Source: Clostridia bacterium
GTDB taxonomy: Bacteria > Bacillota > Clostridia > Oscillospirales > CAG-272
Direction: 5' to 3'
NCBI GenBank assembly: GCA_017522795.1
Contig: JAFWXZ010000070.1
Location: 6,202 to 70,201 of the forward strand
DNA length: 64,000 nucleotides
The stretch's first letter is position 1, and each line of letters starts with the position of its first letter. Both the position numbers and the translations under genes were made by a program. Positions 57,456 to 64,000 of the stretch are shown here, piece by piece. Under the pieces are notes generated by a model. It was not told where the DNA came from, ran no database searches, and saw nothing but the letters and a program-made list of their open reading frames with translations.

Positions 57456-60400
57456 ATGAAAGTTGTATTATCATTTATTTCTAAATTACTACTCGTTATT
57501 TTCGTAATACTTTACGGTGTAGTAAACGTTGGCGGTCAGATCGCTGCTGCCAATGCAAGCGTAATTTCCAAGTTCCTCGGCCAGGACGGATTTAACATGG
57601 TCAAGGACGAGACCCTTGGTGCAGATGAGGAGCTTGACACCGAGTACTTCAAGTCCGAATACTCAAGCGTAAGCGACCTGAAGGCTAACGGTGAGAGGCT
57701 TACTCAGCTCGTTATGGAGGAAGGCGCGGTTCTTCTCAAGAACGACAACAGTGCGCTTCCCCTTTCCTCAACCGATAAGATCAGTCTCTTCTCCGCCTCC
57801 TCGGTAAGCCCCATTTTCTCAGGCTACCGCGAGCACAACGATAAAAGCAGCGGTACAACCAACCTTCTTGACGGCTTTACCGCAGCAGGTCTTGATGTAA
57901 ACCGTGAGCTTTACAACTGGTACAAGTCCAGCAACTACGGACGTCAGTACATCAACGGCCCTGGCCTATATGCTATCGTTAACATCAACGACGCTCCTTG
58001 GAGCGCAATTCCCGACAGCGCAAAGTTTGCTGAAGGCTACAATACCGCTGTGTTTGTTCTCTCCCGTATAGGCGGTGAGGGTACCGATAACCAGATGTTT
58101 GATAACGGCGAAAGCAACAATAGCAGAGGCTATGAGTGGGATGGCTACAATGGCAACTATCTCGCTCTCAGTGAGGATGAAAGATCCGTTCTTCAGGGGC
58201 TTAAGGCTGCCAAGGACGCAGGTCAGTACGACAAGATCATCGTTCTCTGCAACTTCACCAACCAGGTAATGCTCGATTTTGTTGACGATCCCGCATACGG
58301 CGTTGACGCAGTTCTTTACAGCGGTGGCTTGGGCTCCAAGGGCTCGGTAGCTATTGCCAACATCCTTAAGGGTACTGTTAACCCCTCGGGTAAGCTTTCC
58401 GACACCTTCTGGAAGAATCATTATCTCAACCCCGTACACGCAAACTACGGTCAGTATAAGCTTGATACCTCTAAGATCGGTGACTACTACGCATACTCCT
58501 CCTACATTTATTTTGATACCAACGGCAAGGAGGTTTCCACCAGTGCAGGCAACCAGAACGGATACGTGGTATATCAGGAGGGTATTTACGTAGGCTACAG
58601 ATACACCGAAACCAGATACGAGGATAAGGTTATGGGCACGGGTAATGCAGGTAACTTCAATTACTCTGCCGCTGTTTCCTATCCCTTCGGCTACGGTCTT
58701 TCCTACACCAGCTTTGAGTATTCGGATTACAGCGTAATCTACAATGCAGAGACCGATTCTTACGATATCAGCGTTAAGGTTAAAAACATTGGCAGCGTTG
58801 CAGGTAAGGAGTCTGTTCAGATCTTCCTGCAGAAGCCCTATACCGAGTATGACAAGCAGATGGGAGTTGAGGCTGCGGCAGTTGAGCTTGTAGCTTACGA
58901 CAAGACCGATCTTCTTGAGCCCGGCGCAGAGCAGACGCTCAATATGTCGGTTGAAAGACGCGATTTCGCAAAGTACGATTCCTACGGTCACAAGACCTAT
59001 ATTCTCGAGGAAGGCGAATACTACCTGGCGGCAGGTAAGAACGCGCACGATGCCGTAAACAACATTCTTGCGGCAAAGGGCTTCTCTACCGCTGACGGTA
59101 TGGACGAAGCAGGTAATGCAAATCTTACCGCTCTCGTTGGATTTGCCGATTCCGAAAACGACAAGAGAATCACATCCGACGATCTTCTTCTCTATTCCAC
59201 CGCTAAGGTTAACGTTTACTCCGATAAGGATGCGGACGGAAACCTTGTTGGCAAGCTTATCACCAATCAGTTTGACAACGCAGATCCCAAGATCTTTGAC
59301 GGTGGTGTAAACTACGGTGAGAATGCTCTTGGCGGCGCCTGGACCTACGTTACCAGAAACAACTGGGCAGGCACCGTAAAATATGCTGTAGCTGTTGACG
59401 AGGCAACAGGCTACGTAAGCAGCTATGACAGACTTAACAACTTCGTAAGACTTGTAAAGACGGATGCTATCAAGGCAGGACTTGACTTTGATATTCTTGA
59501 TGAGGCTGCAAGCGACGTTGCATACCCCACCTTTGGATCTACCCAAACCGCATGGCAGCTTATCGACCTCAGGGTTGATGAGAACGGCAATCCCATCGCT
59601 TACAACGATCCCCGTTGGGATGAGCTTCTTGACCAGCTCTCCTGGGACGATTACGTAGCTATTCTCGCGGGCGGTCTTTACAACACTCCCGGTCTTTCCT
59701 CTATTTCCGCGCCCACTTCTAACACCTACGACTCAGACCTCGGTGTTATTTCCAAGTACAATATGTACCCCTCGGGCCTTGCTACAAAGCTTAACGATCC
59801 TGACAAAAACACATCTCCCGCGACCTATGTTGACAACGGCATCGTTGCTGCAACCCGCAATCTTGACCTCATTTACGAATACGGTATTCAGTGGGGCGAG
59901 GACTGTCTGTGGGCAGGCTTTAACGGTCTCTATGGTGCAGGCGCCAACATTCACAGAAGCCCCTATCTCGGCAGAAGCTACGGATATATTTCCGAGGACG
60001 GCTTCCTCTCCGGTATGACTCTCGCAAAGATGAATCTCGGTATGGAGACCAAGGGCGCGTATATGCTTGCAAAGCACTGCGTTCTTAATGAACAGGAGAC
60101 CAACCGCTGTGGCGCAGCGTCCTGGGCAAACGAGCAGTCCATCCGTGAGATATACGTAAAGGTATTTGAGGTAGCTATCGAGGAGGGCTCTCTTCAGGGT
60201 GTTATGACCTCTCTTAACCGTATCGGAACAACTCCTGCTCCTCACCACACCTTCCTTAACGAGGTTCTTCGTTATGAGTTTGGTATGACGGGCTACAACG
60301 TAACCGACTCCGGTATGCCTTATATGAACACCGCAAACTGCGTATGGGCAGGTAACGATCTTCCTATCAACGGCGTATCTCACACAGTTCCCGATATTCC

Positions 60401-60644
60401 CGAGACAGGCTACGGTCATCTTGCTCAGGCGGCAAGAGATTGCGTACACAACGTTCTCTACACCGTTGTAAACTCTAGCGCTATGAACGGCTTCTCATCC
60501 GATATGAGAGTAGTTCGATTCCAGCCCGAGTGGGAATACTTCCTCGGAGTAGCAACCGACATTATCAACGTTGCTATAATTCCCGTAGTAGTATTCTATA
60601 TCGCAATTGAAATATGGGTAGGCATTAGAAGAAGATTCTTCTGA
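57456..60644 (+). CDS. Glycoside hydrolase family 3 protein, domain-permuted, with N- and C-terminal TM anchors
   Basis: N-terminal TM. GH3 alpha/beta-sandwich domain first (EEGAVLLKNDNSALPL ... FGYGLSYTSFEYSD). Next an FnIII-like domain. Then the barrel domain with the nucleophile region GMTGYNVTDSG. C-terminal TM (IIPVVVFYIAIEIWVGI). Confidence 0.82.
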   Translation: MKVVLSFISKLLLVIFVILYGVVNVGGQIAAANASVISKFLGQDGFNMVKDETLGADEELDTEYFKSEYSSVSDLKANGERLTQLVMEEGAVLLKNDNSALPLSSTDKISLFSASSVSPIFSGYREHNDKSSGTTNLLDGFTAAGLDVNRELYNWYKSSNYGRQYINGPGLYAIVNINDAPWSAIPDSAKFAEGYNTAVFVLSRIGGEGTDNQMFDNGESNNSRGYEWDGYNGNYLALSEDERSVLQGLKAAKDAGQYDKIIVLCNFTNQVMLDFVDDPAYGVDAVLYSGGLGSKGSVAIANILKGTVNPSGKLSDTFWKNHYLNPVHANYGQYKLDTSKIGDYYAYSSYIYFDTNGKEVSTSAGNQNGYVVYQEGIYVGYRYTETRYEDKVMGTGNAGNFNYSAAVSYPFGYGLSYTSFEYSDYSVIYNAETDSYDISVKVKNIGSVAGKESVQIFLQKPYTEYDKQMGVEAAAVELVAYDKTDLLEPGAEQTLNMSVERRDFAKYDSYGHKTYILEEGEYYLAAGKNAHDAVNNILAAKGFSTADGMDEAGNANLTALVGFADSENDKRITSDDLLLYSTAKVNVYSDKDADGNLVGKLITNQFDNADPKIFDGGVNYGENALGGAWTYVTRNNWAGTVKYAVAVDEATGYVSSYDRLNNFVRLVKTDAIKAGLDFDILDEAASDVAYPTFGSTQTAWQLIDLRVDENGNPIAYNDPRWDELLDQLSWDDYVAILAGGLYNTPGLSSISAPTSNTYDSDLGVISKYNMYPSGLATKLNDPDKNTSPATYVDNGIVAATRNLDLIYEYGIQWGEDCLWAGFNGLYGAGANIHRSPYLGRSYGYISEDGFLSGMTLAKMNLGMETKGAYMLAKHCVLNEQETNRCGAASWANEQSIREIYVKVFEVAIEEGSLQGVMTSLNRIGTTPAPHHTFLNEVLRYEFGMTGYNVTDSGMPYMNTANCVWAGNDLPINGVSHTVPDIPETGYGHLAQAARDCVHNVLYTVVNSSAMNGFSSDMRVVRFQPEWEYFLGVATDIINVAIIPVVVFYIAIEIWVGIRRRFF

Positions 60645-60806
60645 TAAATAAAAAATGCCGATAAGCTCGGCTCAAATAATACGACAAGCAACTCCGCGCG
60701 GTATATTCCCCCTCGCCGAGGGGGAACGACCGCAACACCTTTTAAAACCTAACGGCACGTGCCGCAAAAATAAAACAAAAAAACAAAAGGATAAAAGGAG
60801 AAAAAT

Positions 60807-63800
60807 ATGGAAAAGTTCAAGAAAATCTTGAGAACTGTCCTCATTCTGTCTGTTATCGTCGGCGTAGTATGTATTGCTACGTCCTGCGACGTAATAGGCG
60901 GAATCTTCGGTGGTCATACTCATAATCTGACCATCGTTGAAAAGATCGACGCAACCTGTACCGAGGCAGGTCAGGAAGCATACTTCAAATGTGACGGATG
61001 CGATCAGCTCTTCGCAGATATCGAAGGCAAGAACGCTATTGAAGCTCCTGTGGCTATCGCTCCTCTCGGTCATAAGATCGTAGGCGTAGCGGGCACAGAG
61101 CCCACCTGCACCGAACCCGGTATCGCAGACTGCTTCAAGTGCTCCAGATGTGAAGCTGTTTTTGCGGATGCAAAGGGCGAGAATAAGATCGAGGCTCCCG
61201 TAACCAGCGCCCCCCTCGGCCACTCTCTCGTTAAGACCTCCGCAAAGGCTGCTACCTGTACTGCTGACGGCAACAACGAATACTACACCTGCTCCGTATG
61301 TAAAAAGGTTTACAAGGATGCAGATGCAAAGACCGAAACCACTGCTGCGGCTGAGATCATCAAGGCAAGCGGTCACGCAGAGGTAAAGCACGATGCAAAG
61401 GCTCCCACCTGTACCGAAAAGGGTTGGGACGCATACGTGACCTGTAAAAACTGCGATTACACCACCTATGCAGAAAAGGCAGCTCTCGGTCACGACGAGA
61501 TCAGCCACGATGCAAAGGCTCCCACCTGTACCGAAAAGGGTTGGGACGCATACGTGACCTGTAAAAATTGCGATTACACCACCTATGCAGAAAAGGCAGC
61601 TCTCGGTCACGACGAGATCAGCCACGATGCAAAGGCTCCCACTTGTACCGAAATCGGTTGGGATGCATACGTGACCTGTAAAAACTGCGATTACACCACC
61701 TATGCCGAAAAGGCAGCTCTCGGCCACAAGCTTACTAAGACCGAGGCAAAGGACGCTACCTGCCTTGAGGACGGTAACGTAGCATACTGGACCTGTTCCT
61801 CCGTCTGCAAGCAGATCTTCTCCGATGCAGAGGGCAATAACGTTATCACCAACACCATAATCCCCGCAAAGGGACACACCCTTTCCGAAACCCTTATCGT
61901 AGAGGGCGCAGTTAAGAATTACGAGCCCGGCTCAAGCTTCGATGCATCCAATCTTGTAGTAAAGCTTGATTGCAAGGATTGCGATTATACCAAGGAGGTT
62001 ACCGGCTATACTCTCAGCAAGACAGAGAACCTTCAGCCCTCTGATAACGCGGTAGTTGTTACATATGTAGAGGACGGTAAGACCTATACCGCTTCTATAG
62101 CTATTGTAGTAGTTCACGTACACGTTACCGGCGATCTTGTTCCCGCCGTTGCTCCCAACTGTACCGAAACAGGTACTCTTGCATACTATGAGTGCGAAAT
62201 TTGTAAGCATAAGTTTGCAGATAAGGACGCAACCGAGCTTTACGAGTCGGTTGTTGTTCCTGCTCTCGGTCACGACGAGATCAGCCACGAGGCAAAGGCT
62301 CCCAACTGTACCGACATTGGTTGGGACGCATATGTGACCTGCAAAAATTGCGATTACACTACCTACGTAGAAAAGGCAGCTCTCGGTCACTCCACCTCTA
62401 AGGTTGATGCAAAGGCTCCCACCTGTACAGAGGAAGGCTACGAGGCATATTACACCTGTAGCGGCTGTGATAAGCTCTTCTCTGACGCAGATGCTAAGAA
62501 TATTATCCCTGCTCCTATCGTTGTAGGCGCTCTCGGCCACGACGAGATCAGCCACGATGCAAAGGCTCCCACCTGTACAGACATTGGTTGGGACGCATAC
62601 GTGACCTGTAAAAACTGCGATTACACTACCTATGCCGAAAAGGCAGCTCTCGGTCACAATGCTACCAAGACCGAGGCTAAGGAATCCAGCTGTACCGAAG
62701 CAGGTAATAACGCATACTGGACCTGCTCTGTTTGCGGTAAGGTTTACTCCGACGAGGCTTGTACCGTTGAGACCTCGGTTGAGGCTGAGACTCTTCCCCT
62801 TGCAAAGCATGAAACCAATCTTCTCTCAGATGCAAACGGTCACTGGTACGATTGCGCTAACTGTGACTATGTAACCGATAAGGAAAACCACAGCGGCGTC
62901 GCTTATCCCGATGCAGCTCCCAAGTGTACAGTTTGTGACACCGAGTTCGGTAAGGCAAGCTGGGACGGCTGGGTTCTCTTCAGACCCGGTATCGTAGAGG
63001 TTGCAGGCGGCTCTGTTACCTCCGCATCTCATGTAACTGTTAACGGCATTATGGCAAGCCAGTACGTATTCGGCGCAGGCTCTGCAGGCTCCGACAGCAC
63101 TATCTGGACTATGTCCGATGCTTCTGATTACAACAACGGAATGTATCAGGTAAGAATTCCTACCGTTGGCGATAACGAGAGATATATTTACCTCTACGTT
63201 TCCAATGATGGCGACACCGACATCAGCTTCAGAATCTACTCTGAAAACTATGGCGACAAGGGCGGCGTTGACGTAACTCTTGCTGCTGGCGAGAGCGGCT
63301 GGTTCAAGTATTCGGTACACACCGGTACAACCATTGGTTCTAACGTAAACCTTAAGCTTCTCTCCGATCTTGCTTCTGAGACCACCGTTACTATCTATGG
63401 CTACTGGCATCTTGAGACAGAGGAGATAGCGAACCTTGATATTGCTAACAGAAGCGAAATCAAGCTTTCCTACCGTGCAGGCGAAAAGTTCAGCCTTCCC
63501 GAGCTTATTCTCGTCTCCAATATTTTCTCTAATAACGAGAACGACCTTCTTAACAATGGCGGTGCTGTAGAAAAGTATTATATTGCAAGCAACTTTACAG
63601 TTTCCGGCCTTGAGATCGGACAGACCCTTGAGGCAGGCAATTACACAGTAACCGTATCCTTTGGCGGTAAGAGCGTTGAGCTTCAGATTGTCGTAAGCTC
63701 CCATACTCACGCTCCCGAGCTTGTTGCAAAGAAGCCCGCAACCTGTACTGAGGACGGTTATGAGGCATATTACATCTGTAATGTAGACGGCTGCGGTCAG

Positions 63801-64000
63801 CTCTTCGCAGATGCAGAGGGTAATACTCCCATCTCTTCTATCACTACTCTTCCCGCAGGACATGTTGAAAGCGCTGCTATCCCGGGTCATAAGGCAATCT
63901 GCCCTAGATGCGGAGCAGAGAGCGGCGAGGTTCTTGATCCCGACGGATGGGTACATTTCGCACCCGGCGTTGTTTGGTCCGACTACTATGAGGGTATCTA
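60807..64000 (+). CDS. Giant lipoprotein D (over 1064 aa, 3' end outside the window): at least 15 His-Cys3 modules, two Ig-like domains, at least one shared beta-sandwich domain
   Basis: Not in the supplied track because it has no stop in the window. RBS AAAAGGAG 6 nt upstream of the ATG at 60807. Signal plus lipobox (ILSVIVGVVCIATSC). The frame is open for 1064 codons with host-typical codon usage. ISFRIYSENYGDKGGVDVTLAAGE is paralogous to lipoprotein B. Confidence 0.88.
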   Translation, partial: MEKFKKILRTVLILSVIVGVVCIATSCDVIGGIFGGHTHNLTIVEKIDATCTEAGQEAYFKCDGCDQLFADIEGKNAIEAPVAIAPLGHKIVGVAGTEPTCTEPGIADCFKCSRCEAVFADAKGENKIEAPVTSAPLGHSLVKTSAKAATCTADGNNEYYTCSVCKKVYKDADAKTETTAAAEIIKASGHAEVKHDAKAPTCTEKGWDAYVTCKNCDYTTYAEKAALGHDEISHDAKAPTCTEKGWDAYVTCKNCDYTTYAEKAALGHDEISHDAKAPTCTEIGWDAYVTCKNCDYTTYAEKAALGHKLTKTEAKDATCLEDGNVAYWTCSSVCKQIFSDAEGNNVITNTIIPAKGHTLSETLIVEGAVKNYEPGSSFDASNLVVKLDCKDCDYTKEVTGYTLSKTENLQPSDNAVVVTYVEDGKTYTASIAIVVVHVHVTGDLVPAVAPNCTETGTLAYYECEICKHKFADKDATELYESVVVPALGHDEISHEAKAPNCTDIGWDAYVTCKNCDYTTYVEKAALGHSTSKVDAKAPTCTEEGYEAYYTCSGCDKLFSDADAKNIIPAPIVVGALGHDEISHDAKAPTCTDIGWDAYVTCKNCDYTTYAEKAALGHNATKTEAKESSCTEAGNNAYWTCSVCGKVYSDEACTVETSVEAETLPLAKHETNLLSDANGHWYDCANCDYVTDKENHSGVAYPDAAPKCTVCDTEFGKASWDGWVLFRPGIVEVAGGSVTSASHVTVNGIMASQYVFGAGSAGSDSTIWTMSDASDYNNGMYQVRIPTVGDNERYIYLYVSNDGDTDISFRIYSENYGDKGGVDVTLAAGESGWFKYSVHTGTTIGSNVNLKLLSDLASETTVTIYGYWHLETEEIANLDIANRSEIKLSYRAGEKFSLPELILVSNIFSNNENDLLNNGGAVEKYYIASNFTVSGLEIGQTLEAGNYTVTVSFGGKSVELQIVVSSHTHAPELVAKKPATCTEDGYEAYYICNVDGCGQLFADAEGNTPISSITTLPAGHVESAAIPGHKAICPRCGAESGEVLDPDGWVHFAPGVVWSDYYEGI
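61389..61727 (+). repeat. Near-perfect 117-bp tandem repeat x 2.9 inside the lipoprotein D gene; dispersed copies at about 62271-62390 and 62538-62657
   Basis: Units start at 61389, 61506 and 61623. Each encodes HDAKAPTCTE(K/I)GWDAYVTCKNCDYTTYAEKAALGHDEIS. Only a few substitutions between units. Confidence 0.92.

Noticed and set aside
3860-60449. Other long antisense ORFs: 3860-4915, 10419-11240, 14484-15233, 19904-20578, 20844-22181, 24516-25904, 40707-41597, 41649-42389, 43298-44527, 45348-46004, 55637-56593, 57966-59546, 59733-60449
   Set aside because: All lie opposite strongly supported genes (toprim/nth, the trigger-factor-like gene, nrdD, the ABC transporter, carB, GH2, alaS, pepT, lipoprotein C, GH3). 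All lack translation signals and recognisable motifs.
61389-62657. CRISPR-like repeat array
   Set aside because: The repeats are 117 bp, directly abutting with no spacers. They lie inside an open reading frame and encode a conserved protein module. No cas genes are present.
60672-63956. Three long minus-strand ORFs from the track (60672-61877, 61932-62810, 62826-63956; 401, 292 and 376 aa)
   Set aside because: They are codon-aligned antisense frames of the plus-strand lipoprotein D gene. They have no RBS or sensible start context. Their products are low-complexity and Cys/Gly/Val-rich. The plus frame has an RBS, a lipoprotein signal and paralogs upstream.

Overview
64 kb chromosomal window from a Firmicute. 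Gene content and codon usage look Clostridia/Ruminococcus-like, but the taxon is inference only. I call about 46 protein genes. There are no rRNA or tRNA genes, no CRISPR array, and no transposase or integrase. From 1 to 31.5 kb the content is housekeeping: mnmG 3' end, tcdA, a trpS-maf-nth-toprim operon, two extracytoplasmic trigger-factor-like proteins flanking rnhA, nrdD, cysK, degV, a MATE pump, a fused MacB-type ABC transporter, and a pyrimidine operon pyrC-carB-pyrK-pyrD-pyrF-orf-pyrE-pyrB. From 31.5 to 42.4 kb lies a glucuronide/hexuronate locus (SDR mannonate oxidoreductase, uxuA, GH2 beta-glucuronidase-like enzyme, GPH symporter, TetR) plus a THUMP methyltransferase and a second GH2. 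alaS and pepT occupy 42.5-46.4 kb. The accessory region is 46.7-64.0 kb: a cytoplasmic GH3, an orphan Agr-type LytTR two-component system, then a tightly packed cluster of GtrA-like protein, lipoprotein A, secreted EEP phosphoesterase, lipoproteins B and C, a 4-TM protein, a domain-permuted double-anchored GH3, and a giant lipoprotein D. Lipoprotein D (60807 to beyond 64000, plus strand) is absent from the supplied ORF track because it has no stop in the window; the three long minus-strand ORFs listed there are antisense shadows. All four lipoproteins share repeated His-Cys3 modules (H-x9-11-C-x10-C-x2-C) and a common beta-sandwich domain. I rank this cluster as the best candidate for an undescribed cell-surface system. 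Other notable items: an in-frame TAG splitting a 759-codon lipoprotein gene; a heptanucleotide repeat at the pyrK/pyrD junction; an AACTTCAC repeat array plus a codon-atypical ORF inserted in the pyr operon; a PyrB fused to a PyrI-type zinc domain; and pervasive codon-aligned antisense ORFs.
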